Positions 1 through 9,705 of a DNA stretch of 64,000 nucleotides are shown here, one piece after another. The stretch is from positions 63 to 64,062 of the forward strand of contig JBAVRP010000070.1 of NCBI GenBank assembly GCA_049695115.1, given 5' to 3'. Within the stretch, counting starts at the first letter, position 1; the number at the start of each line of letters is the position of its first letter. Source of the DNA: Burkholderiales bacterium (GTDB lineage Bacteria > Pseudomonadota > Gammaproteobacteria > Burkholderiales > JBEEJL01). The notes beneath the pieces are model-generated. The model saw nothing but the letters and a program-made list of their open reading frames with translations. It made no database searches and had not been told where the DNA came from. Made by a program: the position numbers and the translations under genes.

Positions 1-85
1 TCGGCGTGTTGGAAGGCGCGTCGTCCTTGCGTCTGGCGGGGCGGCGCGCAACTTTTTTCTCGCCTTTTTTAGCCCAGAGCGGCAT
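1..85 (-). CDS. possible 5' end of ftsQ (partial, runs off left edge)
   Basis: ATG at 85-83 (minus) overlaps the ddl 3' end. It opens a frame reading MPLWAKKGEKKVARRPARRKDDAPSNTP to the window edge. The call rests only on dcw gene order (ddl is normally followed by ftsQ). No diagnostic motif is visible in 28 aa. Confidence 0.3.
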   Translation of the reverse strand, partial: MPLWAKKGEKKVARRPARRKDDAPSNTP

Positions 86-992
86 CGTGCAAAATCCTTA
101 AACATAAATCTTCAAATGAAAGCCCGGCCTGCTTCGCCGCCATCGGCACCAAACTGTGACCGGTCATGCCGGGCGAGGTATTCATTTCCAAAAATGAAAA
201 TGTGCCGTCGGGGCGCAGCATCACATCCGCGCGGCCCCAGCCGCGACAGCCCAAGACCTGAAATGCTTTCAGCGCCGCCGCACGGATTTGCGTTTCCGTT
301 TCGGTGCGAACACCCGCAGGGCTGTAGTACTTCACCTCGTCGGTGAAATATTTATTCTGGTAATCGTATTTGCCTTCCGGCGCTTCAATGCGCACCAGCG
401 GCAAGGTATCGTCGCCGAGAATCGCGGCAGTCAATTCCTGCCCGGCAACGAATTCTTCCGCCAACACCAGTGAATCGAATTTCGCTGCGAGTCCATACGC
501 CGCTTGCAACTCGTTGGCTGTATTAACTTTGCTAATGCCGATACTCGAACCTTCGTGCGCCGGTTTGACCATCAACGGCAAGCCGAGCGTGTGCAAAACT
601 TTTTTCCAGTCCGAACTGGCGTCGAGCAACATACATTTCGGCGTCGGGATGCTGGTTGCTTGCCACACCAGTTTGGTGCGCCACTTGTCCATCGACAACG
701 CGGAGGCCATCACACCGCTGCCGGTATAAGGAATGCCCATCAACTCGAGCGCGCCTTGCACTGTGCCGTCTTCGCCAAGCCGGCCGTGCAGCGAAATCAT
801 CGCGCGTTGAAATCCTTCCCGCGGCAGATCAAAAATGCTGCGCAATTTCGGGTCGAACGCGTGCGCATCGACGCCTTTGGCTTGCAAGGCTTTCAATACT
901 GCGTTGCCGCTGAGCAAAGAAATCTCGCGCTCGGCGCTGGTGCCGCCTAGTAACACCGCTACTTTGCCGAAATTGTAATTATTTGATTTCAT
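69..992 (-). CDS. ddl: D-alanine--D-alanine ligase
   Basis: 307-aa ORF. N-terminus GKVAVLLGGTSAEREISLLSG and an ATP-grasp body (EEFVAGQELTAAIL, LEMNTSPGMT). It is the last mur-type gene of the dcw cluster. Confidence 0.95.
   Translation of the reverse strand: MKSNNYNFGKVAVLLGGTSAEREISLLSGNAVLKALQAKGVDAHAFDPKLRSIFDLPREGFQRAMISLHGRLGEDGTVQGALELMGIPYTGSGVMASALSMDKWRTKLVWQATSIPTPKCMLLDASSDWKKVLHTLGLPLMVKPAHEGSSIGISKVNTANELQAAYGLAAKFDSLVLAEEFVAGQELTAAILGDDTLPLVRIEAPEGKYDYQNKYFTDEVKYYSPAGVRTETETQIRAAALKAFQVLGCRGWGRADVMLRPDGTFSFLEMNTSPGMTGHSLVPMAAKQAGLSFEDLCLRILHDAALG
976..988 (-). repeat. AT-rich junction element, IHF-consensus core AATCAAATAATTA
   Basis: Spans the murB stop / ddl start. The surrounding 30-mer 973-1002 is 28/30 identical to 52141-52170. 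Confidence 0.8.
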
Positions 993-1927
993 TGAATATT
1001 TTTACCAATAATTCTTACTTCACGAATCAGGTTTACACCTTGTTTTGCCAGCACTTGCGCTTGTACGTGATCGATTACTTGTTCGATGTCTGCTGCCGTC
1101 GCATCGCTGATATTCACAATAAAATTCGCATGCATGCGTGATACTTCTGCGCCGCCGATGCGAAAACCTTTCAGGCCGCAGGCTTCGATCAAGTGCGCCG
1201 CGTGATCCCCGATCGGGTTGCGGAACACCGAGCCGGCATTCGGCTCGCTTATCGGTTGAGTCGCGATGCGTTTGGTCAACAGCTCTTTGATTTTCAGTTT
1301 GGCGATTTCACCGTCGCCTGCGGGCAACACCAAGCTTGTGCTGACAAACCATTCCTCATTTTTCTCGCGCAACTCAACGTGTCGATAACTGATATCGAAA
1401 TCTTTTGGCGTGCGCTGACGAATCACGCCTTGGAGATCTATGGTTTTCACGCCCTCGACTATTTGCCAGGTGTCCCAGCCATAACAACCCGCATTCATCG
1501 CCAATGCGCCGCCCATGGTGCCGGGAATGCCGGCGAGAAATTCTGCGTTGGCTAAATCATGCCGCGCGGCGAAGCGCGCAACCTTCGGTGCGGCGACGCC
1601 GGCTTCGACTTCAATGTGGGTCGGGTCGGCAAGGCGGATTTGATCCAATACGGCGTGAGTGAATATCACCGTCGCATTGACGCCACCGTCGCGCACCAGG
1701 AGGTTGCTGCCAAGGCCGACAAAATAAATTTCTTCGTGGGCTTCGCGCGTGCGCAAAAATATTGCGAGATCGTCAAGGTCAGCCGGAATATAAGCGCGTA
1801 CTGCGTGGCCGCCCGCGCGCCAGCTCACGTGCCTTGCCATCGGCTCATGCAAGCGCAATTCGCCGCGCAGCGTATGGGCTTGCGCTGTTTTATCCGGCGG
1901 AAATTTTTTCGTTTCGCTCATAAGCAT
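989..1927 (-). CDS. murB: UDP-N-acetylenolpyruvoylglucosamine reductase
   Basis: The ORF track gives 989..1963. I prefer the ATG at 1927 (MLMSETKK), 7 nt after the murC stop. FAD-binding MurB motifs are present (GLGSNLLVRDGG, AGIPGTMGGALAMNAGCYG). The stop overlaps the ddl start (4-nt overlap). Confidence 0.92.
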   Translation of the reverse strand: MLMSETKKFPPDKTAQAHTLRGELRLHEPMARHVSWRAGGHAVRAYIPADLDDLAIFLRTREAHEEIYFVGLGSNLLVRDGGVNATVIFTHAVLDQIRLADPTHIEVEAGVAAPKVARFAARHDLANAEFLAGIPGTMGGALAMNAGCYGWDTWQIVEGVKTIDLQGVIRQRTPKDFDISYRHVELREKNEEWFVSTSLVLPAGDGEIAKLKIKELLTKRIATQPISEPNAGSVFRNPIGDHAAHLIEACGLKGFRIGGAEVSRMHANFIVNISDATAADIEQVIDHVQAQVLAKQGVNLIREVRIIGKNIQ

Positions 1928-1934
1928 TCTTGTT

Positions 1935-3320
1935 TCACGCTTTCGCCAACAGACCGGGCACACTGCCGATGGAACCTGCGCCCATGGTCAGTACCACATC
2001 GCCGGGTTTTACCGCGGCGCGAACTGCATCGGCCATGTCGCCGATGGCCTCGACGAAAATCGGTTCGATCTTGCCTTGCACCCGTAACGCTCGTGTCAGC
2101 GCACGGCCGTCGGCGGCGACAATGGGCGCTTCGCCTGCCGCATAGACTTCGGCCAGCAGCAGCACATCCACCGTGCCGAGGACTTTGACAAAATCTTCGA
2201 ATAAATCGCGTGTGCGGGTATAGCGGTGCGGCTGAAACGCCAGCACTAGACGTTTGTCGGGAAACGCGCCGCGCGCCGCGGAGATGGTCGCCGCCATTTC
2301 GACCGGATGGTGTCCATAGTCGTCGATCAGTGAGTAGCTGCCGCCGGGGATGGCGACTTCGCCGTAGCGCTGGAAGCGGCGGTCCACGCCTTTGAATTCC
2401 GCCAGCGCTTTTACAATAGCTTTATCGCTCGCGCCGACTTCCTGGCTCACGGCGATCGCCGCCAGCGCGTTCAACACATTATGGTCGCCAGGCAGATTAA
2501 GTGTAACGGGCAGAGTTTTGCTGCTGCCGTTTTTAATTACGCAATCAAAATGCATCTGCCCGTCGCTGTGGCGGATATTTTTCGCCTGCAACTGCGCGCC
2601 GTCGCTCACGCCATAGGTGATGATAGGTTTAGTCACTCGCATCATGATCTCGCGCACGTTCTCGTCATCGGCGCAAAGCACGGCCATGCCGTAAAAAGGA
2701 AGGTGTTCAATAAAATCGACGAACGCCTGTTTCAGCTTGTTGAAATCATGGCCGTAGGTTTCCATGTGATCGGCGTCGATATTGGTCACTACCGACACAA
2801 CCGGCTGCAAATATAAAAACGACGCGTCGGATTCGTCGGCTTCCGCCACAATGAATTCGCCAGAACCCAAGCGTGCATTTGCGCCGGCGCTATTCAATCG
2901 TCCGCCGATCACAAACGTTGGGTCCATGCCTGCTTCGGCAAGAATGCTTGCGACCAAACTGGTAGTCGTAGTTTTGCCGTGGGTACCGGCGATGGCGATA
3001 CCTTGCTTGAGGCGCATCAGTTCTGCCAGCATCATCGCGCGCGGCACAACGGGAATATGTTTTTCCCGAGCCGCGATCACTTCCGGGTTATCGTTTTTCA
3101 CCGCGGTTGAGGTCACTACCGCATCGGCGCCGGCGATATGACTTGCGCTATGACCGTGACGGACTTGTATTCCCAATGATGCAAGGCGTTGCGTCGTAGC
3201 GTTATCAGCGAGGTCAGAACCGCTCACGCGAAATCCCTGGTTGAGCAATACTTCGGCGATGCCGCTCATGCCAGAGCCGCCGATGCCTACAAAGTGAACG
3301 TGTTTAACTTTGTGTTTCAT
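1935..3320 (-). CDS. murC: UDP-N-acetylmuramate--L-alanine ligase
   Basis: 461 aa. N-terminus [17 protein letters not shown], Mur ligase central motif [10 protein letters not shown], and dcw context. Confidence 0.96.
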   Translation of the reverse strand: MKHKVKHVHFVGIGGSGMSGIAEVLLNQGFRVSGSDLADNATTQRLASLGIQVRHGHSASHIAGADAVVTSTAVKNDNPEVIAAREKHIPVVPRAMMLAELMRLKQGIAIAGTHGKTTTTSLVASILAEAGMDPTFVIGGRLNSAGANARLGSGEFIVAEADESDASFLYLQPVVSVVTNIDADHMETYGHDFNKLKQAFVDFIEHLPFYGMAVLCADDENVREIMMRVTKPIITYGVSDGAQLQAKNIRHSDGQMHFDCVIKNGSSKTLPVTLNLPGDHNVLNALAAIAVSQEVGASDKAIVKALAEFKGVDRRFQRYGEVAIPGGSYSLIDDYGHHPVEMAATISAARGAFPDKRLVLAFQPHRYTRTRDLFEDFVKVLGTVDVLLLAEVYAAGEAPIVAADGRALTRALRVQGKIEPIFVEAIGDMADAVRAAVKPGDVVLTMGAGSIGSVPGLLAKA

Positions 3321-3385
3321 TTAGTTGCTTTTCCTGGGTTTGGCTTTCCGATGCGCCAAGGAATCTCGGTGATTGGTTTTTTGTT

Positions 3386-4492
3386 TCATGCCGCAACTTT
3401 CATACAAGCCTCAGCGGCGATTTGGGTCGCATCGGGTTTCGCTAATTCGCGCGCTGCTGCCGCCATGGCCAATAATTTCTCCCGCGACATACTACTTAAG
3501 ATGTCCGCCAGTTTTTGCGGCGTGGCTTCTGCCTGCGGCAACAAAATCGCCGCGCCTGCATTGCTTAAAAATTTTGCGTTGCCGGTCTGGTGGTCATCCA
3601 CAGCAAAGGGAAAGGGCACCAGTACGCTGGCGACGCCGGCAGCGGTAATTTCGGCAATAGTGAGCGCGCCGGCGCGGCACACCAGCACATCGCACCAGGC
3701 GTAGCGCTCTGCCATGTCATCAATAAATGGAAGTACCTCGGCTTTTACTTCTGCCGACTTATACCCAGCCTTTACCGCTTCGATATGCGCAGCGCCGGCC
3801 TGGTGCACGACTTCCGGCCGTTGTGCAGCAGGAATCAACTTGAACGCCTCAGGCAATGCTTCATTCAGCGCTTTTGCACCTTGGCTGCCGCCGATGACAA
3901 GCACGCGCAGATTGCCTTCGCGTGATGCGAATCTTTTTCCCGGTTCAGGTAAGGCGGCGATGTCGTCGCGTACCGGATTGCCGCACCATTGCGCAGATTT
4001 ATTTTTTGGTAACAGTTTGCCGAGCGGATTGCTGGTCGCGGCGGAAAAAGCATCGGGGAAGCCGACCAGGATTTTGTCGGCGATTACTGCGAGCAAGCGA
4101 TTGGTAAGGCCGGCGACGGAATTTTGTTCATGCAATACCAAGGGCTTGTTCAGCAGCGACGCCATCATGCCGCCGGGAAACGATGCGTAACCGCCCATGC
4201 CCAACACCACATCAGGTTTGCGTTGGCGTATCACCGAGAATGCTTGCCTGAATGCCAGCAACAAACTGAACGGCAGCATCAATATTTTTACTATGCCTTT
4301 GCCGCGAACGCCGGACATGCTCACCCATTCCATGTCGTAACCGCGCACGGGAACCAACTTTGCCTCCATGCCGTTTTGTGTACCGAGCCAGACCACATTC
4401 CATTGGCGTGCGTGCAAATAATCGGCGACGGCGAGAGCGGGGAACACATGTCCGCCGGTGCCGCCTGCCATGATGAGTATGGTGTGGCTCAT
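3386..4492 (-). CDS. murG: undecaprenyldiphospho-muramoylpentapeptide beta-N-acetylglucosaminyltransferase
   Basis: 368 aa. N-terminus IMAGGTGGHVFPALAVA, and GT28 C-terminal domain (RAGALTIAEITAAG). Confidence 0.96.
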   Translation of the reverse strand: MSHTILIMAGGTGGHVFPALAVADYLHARQWNVVWLGTQNGMEAKLVPVRGYDMEWVSMSGVRGKGIVKILMLPFSLLLAFRQAFSVIRQRKPDVVLGMGGYASFPGGMMASLLNKPLVLHEQNSVAGLTNRLLAVIADKILVGFPDAFSAATSNPLGKLLPKNKSAQWCGNPVRDDIAALPEPGKRFASREGNLRVLVIGGSQGAKALNEALPEAFKLIPAAQRPEVVHQAGAAHIEAVKAGYKSAEVKAEVLPFIDDMAERYAWCDVLVCRAGALTIAEITAAGVASVLVPFPFAVDDHQTGNAKFLSNAGAAILLPQAEATPQKLADILSSMSREKLLAMAAAARELAKPDATQIAAEACMKVAA

Positions 4493-4630
4493 ACCGAACG
4501 GCCTTTTTTCATATGCCTATTGTGGCTCCGACTAACATTGGCTGCGCCAATATTAGTCTCCACCGAAACCGCCAAACTGTAAAAGTGTGGGCAGGCGCTT
4601 TTCATACTGACCGCCCTTTTTTCATATGCC
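4489..4630. repeat. 29-bp direct repeat pair (4489-4517 and 4602-4630, 26/29 identical, 113-bp period) flanking an 84-bp insert with a hairpin
   Basis: Both copies encode the ftsW C-terminal tail HMKKGRSV plus a stop on the minus strand. Copy 1 keeps the ATGA overlap with the murG start. The insert carries a 12-bp imperfect stem (4530-4541 / 4547-4558). Confidence 0.85.
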
Positions 4631-5777
4631 GGTTTTCGTAATCCACACGCAGCAGCAAGGCAACAGCGATGCAATTAGCGACTATGCCACTGCCGCCAAA
4701 GCTGAGAAACGGCAGCGTCAATCCCTTGGTAGGCAAAATGCCCATGTTGACGCCCATATTGATCACGGATTGCACCGCAAGCCAGACGCCGATACCTTGC
4801 GCGACCAATGACGAGTAGTAGCGCTCCAATGTGGCTGCTTCGCGGCCGATGCTGAATGCGCGCATGATTAAAAATACAAACATCGCGAGCACGGTGATCA
4901 CACCGGCGAAGCCCAACTCTTCCGCGATCACGGCTAACAAAAAGTCTGTATGCGCTTCCGGTAAATAAAATAATTTTTCCACGCTGGCGCCAAGGCCGAC
5001 GCCAAACCATTCGCCGCGGCCGAAGGCGATTAGCGCATGGGACAACTGGTATCCCGTGCCGAACGGGTCTGCCCACGGATCCATGAAATTCAACACGCGC
5101 TGCATACGGTAAGGCGAAGTAATAATCAACACCACAAATGCCGCCAGTAACATCAATATCAAGCCGAGGAATAAACGCCAGTTGAGCCCACCCAAAAATA
5201 ATATCGACATAGCTATACAACTGATCACCACCAACGCGCCGAAATCCGGCTCGCGCAACAGCAGCGCACCGACCAGGAACATAACGCCGAACATCGGCAA
5301 AAATCCTTTTTTGAAACTGTGCATGGCCTTGAATTTACGCACTGTGTAATCGGCAGCGTAAAGCACTGCGAACAGCTTCATGAATTCCGACGGCTGGATG
5401 GTGAATGCTACGAGGGAAATCCAGCGACGGCTGCCGTTGACTTCACGGCCGATGAATGGAATGAGCACCAATATCAGCGCCATCAATCCGGCAGTGAAAA
5501 TGACCGGCGCTAATTTTTGCCATTGGCGCATGGGCAAGCGGAATGCCGCATAGCCGGCGCAAATTCCACCGATAAGATAAATGCTGTGGCGGGCAAGAAA
5601 ATAGGCGGAACGGTGGCCGGTCATGCGCTCGGCATCGGCCATGGCGATGGAGGCGGAATACACCATCACCAAGCCGAATGACAGCAGCAGCAAGGTGACC
5701 CACACCAAACCCTGGTCGTAGTCCGCTCTTTCCTGCGGACGCGCGATGCTGTTTGAATAAAAGCCGGCGTTTATCAT
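4602..5777 (-). CDS. ftsW: cell division lipid II flippase / SEDS glycosyltransferase FtsW
   Basis: 391 aa, polytopic. SEDS motifs are present ([40 protein letters not shown]). dcw context. Confidence 0.95.
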   Translation of the reverse strand: MINAGFYSNSIARPQERADYDQGLVWVTLLLLSFGLVMVYSASIAMADAERMTGHRSAYFLARHSIYLIGGICAGYAAFRLPMRQWQKLAPVIFTAGLMALILVLIPFIGREVNGSRRWISLVAFTIQPSEFMKLFAVLYAADYTVRKFKAMHSFKKGFLPMFGVMFLVGALLLREPDFGALVVISCIAMSILFLGGLNWRLFLGLILMLLAAFVVLIITSPYRMQRVLNFMDPWADPFGTGYQLSHALIAFGRGEWFGVGLGASVEKLFYLPEAHTDFLLAVIAEELGFAGVITVLAMFVFLIMRAFSIGREAATLERYYSSLVAQGIGVWLAVQSVINMGVNMGILPTKGLTLPFLSFGGSGIVANCIAVALLLRVDYENRHMKKGRSV

Positions 5778-7171
5778 AAACGCGCTCCCGTCGCCACTTT
5801 GGGTTTAAGCGAGAGCACGGCTTGAATGAACATTTCAGCGCGCTGAACATAATTGCGGAACATATCGAAACTGGCGCAGGCGGGTGACAGCAACACCGCG
5901 TCGCCGGGCTGCGCGGCGGCGAAACTTTTATTCACTGCATCGGGCATATCGCTGGCCCGCGACAGCGGCACGCCGCTGGTTTTCAGCGCAGCGGCTATGA
6001 GTTCGGCATCGCGGCCGATAAGCACGACTGCGCGGGCGTGGTTTTTAACCGGTTCGTTCAGCGGTGTAAAATCCTGCCCCTTGCCGTCGCCGCCGGCGAT
6101 CAACACCACAGGTTGTGACATACCGTTCAACGCCGCGACGGTTGCACCGACGTTAGTACCTTTGGAGTCATCGTAGAAAATAACGTCGCTGATCCGCGCG
6201 ACTTCTTGCACGCGATGGGGCAAACCTTTGAAATTTTTCAGCGCGGCGATAAGAGGCGCAGGTGCCAAATTGATCGCGCGACACAACGCCAAAGCAGCTA
6301 ATGCGTTCACTGCGTTGTGTAAGCCGTTTATATGTAACTCATTGATTATAATTAATTTTTTATATCCTTGATAAAGGCCTTTAATGCCTTCAACTTCGCT
6401 GATGCCGAATTCATTTTCATTTTTCGCTTTGTCTAATCCGAAAGTCACAGCGCGCTGTGTGCTCACCCGCATGCTCATGGTCAGCGCGTCATCGCGATTC
6501 AAAACTTGCGTGGTGCAATGGCGAAAAATCCGCGCTTTCGCCATCGCATAGTCGGCGATGTCGGCGTAGCGATCCATGTGATCCTGGCTGATGTTGAGTA
6601 CAGTGGCAGCATCGATTTTCAAATTAGCTGTGGTTTCCAATTGAAAGCTCGATAGTTCCAACACGTAAACATCGGGCTGGCCGCTCACTTCCGCTTCCAT
6701 TAGCGCATCGAGCACCGGCAAGCCGATGTTGCCTGCAACCACGGTTTTCAAACTCGCGGCTTGGCACATTTCGCCGACCAAAGTAGTGACGGTCGTTTTG
6801 CCATTGCTGCCGGTGATAGCGAGGACTTTTGGCCGCGCCGCCAATGCATTCAGTGCTTGTGCGAACAATTCTACGTCGCCGACTACCGGCACTTTAGCGG
6901 CAATGGCTTTTGCCAACAGCGGTTCGGAAAGCGGTACACCGGGGCTGATGGCGATGAGGTCAATACCAGTGAAACTGGAGGCTTTAAACGGGCCGGTGTC
7001 GAGCGGGGTCGAAGGGACAAGCTTGCCCAGCTCGCGCGCCAGCGGCGGATTGTCGCGCGAGTCGGCGACGCGCACATGCGCGCCGCGCGCATACAACCAG
7101 CGTGCCATCGACAGGCCGGTGTCGCCGAGACCCAACACTAACACGCGTTTATTTTTCAGTTCCAATGTCAT
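5774..7171 (-). CDS. murD: UDP-N-acetylmuramoylalanine--D-glutamate ligase
   Basis: 465 aa. [11 protein letters not shown]-terminus, [11 protein letters not shown]-loop, [15 protein letters not shown] overlaps with mraY (7171) and ftsW (5774-5777). Confidence 0.95.
   Translation of the reverse strand: MTLELKNKRVLVLGLGDTGLSMARWLYARGAHVRVADSRDNPPLARELGKLVPSTPLDTGPFKASSFTGIDLIAISPGVPLSEPLLAKAIAAKVPVVGDVELFAQALNALAARPKVLAITGSNGKTTVTTLVGEMCQAASLKTVVAGNIGLPVLDALMEAEVSGQPDVYVLELSSFQLETTANLKIDAATVLNISQDHMDRYADIADYAMAKARIFRHCTTQVLNRDDALTMSMRVSTQRAVTFGLDKAKNENEFGISEVEGIKGLYQGYKKLIIINELHINGLHNAVNALAALALCRAINLAPAPLIAALKNFKGLPHRVQEVARISDVIFYDDSKGTNVGATVAALNGMSQPVVLIAGGDGKGQDFTPLNEPVKNHARAVVLIGRDAELIAAALKTSGVPLSRASDMPDAVNKSFAAAQPGDAVLLSPACASFDMFRNYVQRAEMFIQAVLSLKPKVATGARL
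6335..6347 (-). repeat. AT-rich element core AATCAATGAGTTA inside the murD coding sequence
   Basis: The 17-mer TATAATCAATGAGTTAC (6334-6350, minus) is identical to 46850-46866 (+). Confidence 0.75.
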
Positions 7172-8262
7172 CAGCGCAATTTCAAAGTCGATAAACCGAT
7201 CAATACCAAAATCATGGTGATAATCCAGAAGCGGACCACCACTTGGGTTTCTTTCCAGCCTTTTAATTCGTAATGATGGTGTAGCGGCGCCATACGGAAT
7301 ACGCGCTTGCCGGTGAGCTTGAAACTCGCAACTTGTATGATGACCGACAGGGTTTCCACCACGAAAACACCGCCCATAATCAGCAACACAATTTCCTGAC
7401 GCACGATCACGGCGACCACGCCGAGTGCGCCGCCAAGCGCCAGCGCGCCAACGTCGCCCATGAACACTTCAGCCGGATAAGCGTTGAACCAGAGAAAGCC
7501 GAGACCCGCGCCGCCTAGGGCGGCGCAAAAAATCATCAACTCACCCGCGCCGGGTATATAAGGCAAGAATAAATATTTGGAATAATCGACGCGGCCGGTG
7601 ACATAGGCGAATACCGCGAGACCGCTGGCGACCATGACAGTCGGCATAATGGCGAGGCCGTCGAGACCGTCGGTGAGATTGACCGCGTTGCTGGAGCCGA
7701 CTATGACAAAAAAAGCCAGGATGATAAAACCGATGGGTCCCAAAGGGATGGCCACGGTTTTGATAAATGGCAATATGAGTTCCGTGTGCTGCGGCAGCTT
7801 GGCGCTATAGGCAAGAAATGCCGCGACCGACACGCCGATCATCGTTTGCCACAGCAGTTTGGAGCTTGCCGACAAACCCTTGGGGTTGCGGTACACAACT
7901 TTGCGGTAGTCATCGACCCAGCCGATGGCGCCAAAACCGAGTGTAGTGATTATCACCGCCCATACGTAATGGTTGGTAAGGTCGCACCAGAGCAAAGTCG
8001 CGGCGGCGATGGAAACCAGGATAAGCGCGCCGCCCATGGTCGGCGTGCCGGCTTTGGTGAGATGGCTTTGCGGCCCGTCGTCGCGTACCGACTGGCCGAT
8101 TTTCATTTGCGCCAGTTTGCGGATCATGTACGGGCCGACGAGGAAGGAAATGATCAACGCCGTCATCATCGCCAATACCGCGCGCAGAGTAATGTAGTTG
8201 AATACATTGAATGCGCGGATGCCGTGTTCTTTAGCCAGCCATTGGAATAGTTCGAGCAGCAT
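7171..8262 (-). CDS. mraY: phospho-N-acetylmuramoyl-pentapeptide transferase
   Basis: The ORF track starts at 8328. I prefer the ATG at 8262 ([10 protein letters not shown]), directly after the murF stop. MraY motifs are present ([38 protein letters not shown]). Confidence 0.94.
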   Translation of the reverse strand: MLLELFQWLAKEHGIRAFNVFNYITLRAVLAMMTALIISFLVGPYMIRKLAQMKIGQSVRDDGPQSHLTKAGTPTMGGALILVSIAAATLLWCDLTNHYVWAVIITTLGFGAIGWVDDYRKVVYRNPKGLSASSKLLWQTMIGVSVAAFLAYSAKLPQHTELILPFIKTVAIPLGPIGFIILAFFVIVGSSNAVNLTDGLDGLAIMPTVMVASGLAVFAYVTGRVDYSKYLFLPYIPGAGELMIFCAALGGAGLGFLWFNAYPAEVFMGDVGALALGGALGVVAVIVRQEIVLLIMGGVFVVETLSVIIQVASFKLTGKRVFRMAPLHHHYELKGWKETQVVVRFWIITMILVLIGLSTLKLR

Positions 8263-8263
8263 G

Positions 8264-9703
8264 TTATTTGCTTTCCTTGGCGTCGAGAGTGCCAACAGCC
8301 GCGCTGAGATTGGGCCGGGCGATGGCATCGACCACCCGTTCCATATGCATAAAGCGCGAACCTTTCACCAGTACCACCGTGTTTGCATCGAGCAAGGGCG
8401 ATAGTGTGGCGACCAATTCATCCAGGTCGGCGAATTTTTTGGCACCCATGCCGAATGCTCTTGCCGCATTGATACTCAGTTCACCTAATGTGAACAACAC
8501 ATCGATGCCGGCTTTTTTGGCATCTCTTCCTATTTGTTCCGTCAATTTCACGCCATCCGCGCCCAACTCGCCCATATCGCCCAACACCAGGATTTTTTTC
8601 CCGGCGGATTTGGCCAGTACGGCGATGGCGGCGTGGGCCGAATCTGGATTGGCGTTATAGGTGTCGTCAATGATGTCGGCGCCGTTAATGCCGGGCTTGC
8701 GCTGCAGGCGGCCTTTGACGCCGCTAAACTGCGTCAACCCGCGCGCGATGGATGGCAGGGGAACTTCAAGCGCGATGGCAGCGGCGCAGGCGGCGAGGGC
8801 ATTACGCGCGTTGTGTTCCCCCGGCACCATCAGTAATGTGGAAAAATCTCCGCGCGGCGTGTGTACCTGGATCGGCGTTCCCGTGGCATTGAGCTGAAAT
8901 TTCGCCGTGATGTCTGCAGGCTGCGTGAGGCCGAAAGTCAACTTGCGGTATTTGCGCGCCTGCGATTTCCACAGGGGTTCACTCGGATCGTCGGCATTGA
9001 TGATGGCCGTGCCATCCATTTTGAGACCGGAAAAAATTTCGCCTTTGGCGCGAGCTACAGCCTCGAGCCCGCCGACTTCGCCTACATGCGCGCGCTGTGC
9101 GTTATTTACCAGCGCTACCTGCGGCTTTGCGATATTGGTGAGATAGTTTATTTCGCCCTCGTGATTCATTCCCATTTCAATCACTGCGTAGCGATGCTGC
9201 GGGCGTAATTTCAGCAGGGTGAGCGGCATACCGATGTGATTATTGAGATTGCCTTCTGTTGCGAGTACTCCGCCTTCGCTATCGCAATGAATGCGCAAAA
9301 TGCCGGCGAGCATTTCTTTCACCGTAGTCTTGCCATTGCTGCCGGTGAGCGCGACCAGCGGCAAGCCGAATTTACCGCGCCAGTACGCGGCGAGCTGGCC
9401 GAGCGCGGCGAGGGTATCTTTGCAGATGATGAGCGGAATCGGGCTGTCGGCAACCGGCTTGTGCACCAGGGCAGCGACCGCTCCGCTTTTTGCTGCGGTA
9501 TCGAGGTAATCATGGCCGTCGAATTTTTCGCCGGCGAGGGCGACGAACAAATCGCCGGGATTTAGTTTGCGGCTGTCAGTGCTCACGCCGCTGAACGGTG
9601 TGTTGGTGCCGCGCAACTCGGCGTGTAACGCGGTAGCGGCTTCGCTCAACTTCATCATGGTCGTTTCTGCTTGCTCAGCCATATCAAATATTTCCCGTTT
9701 CAT
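8264..9703 (-). CDS. murF: UDP-N-acetylmuramoyl-tripeptide--D-alanyl-D-alanine ligase
   Basis: 479-aa [17 protein letters not shown]-loop and Mur ligase C-terminal domain. The start could instead be the internal MMKLSEA (9658). Confidence 0.92.
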   Translation of the reverse strand: MKREIFDMAEQAETTMMKLSEAATALHAELRGTNTPFSGVSTDSRKLNPGDLFVALAGEKFDGHDYLDTAAKSGAVAALVHKPVADSPIPLIICKDTLAALGQLAAYWRGKFGLPLVALTGSNGKTTVKEMLAGILRIHCDSEGGVLATEGNLNNHIGMPLTLLKLRPQHRYAVIEMGMNHEGEINYLTNIAKPQVALVNNAQRAHVGEVGGLEAVARAKGEIFSGLKMDGTAIINADDPSEPLWKSQARKYRKLTFGLTQPADITAKFQLNATGTPIQVHTPRGDFSTLLMVPGEHNARNALAACAAAIALEVPLPSIARGLTQFSGVKGRLQRKPGINGADIIDDTYNANPDSAHAAIAVLAKSAGKKILVLGDMGELGADGVKLTEQIGRDAKKAGIDVLFTLGELSINAARAFGMGAKKFADLDELVATLSPLLDANTVVLVKGSRFMHMERVVDAIARPNLSAAVGTLDAKESK

Positions 9704-9705
9704 TT

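Noticed and set aside
4489-4674. 61-aa minus-strand ORF ending in [10 protein letters not shown].
   Set aside because: It is an artefact of the duplicated ftsW tail. It reads through the insert and is not an independent gene.
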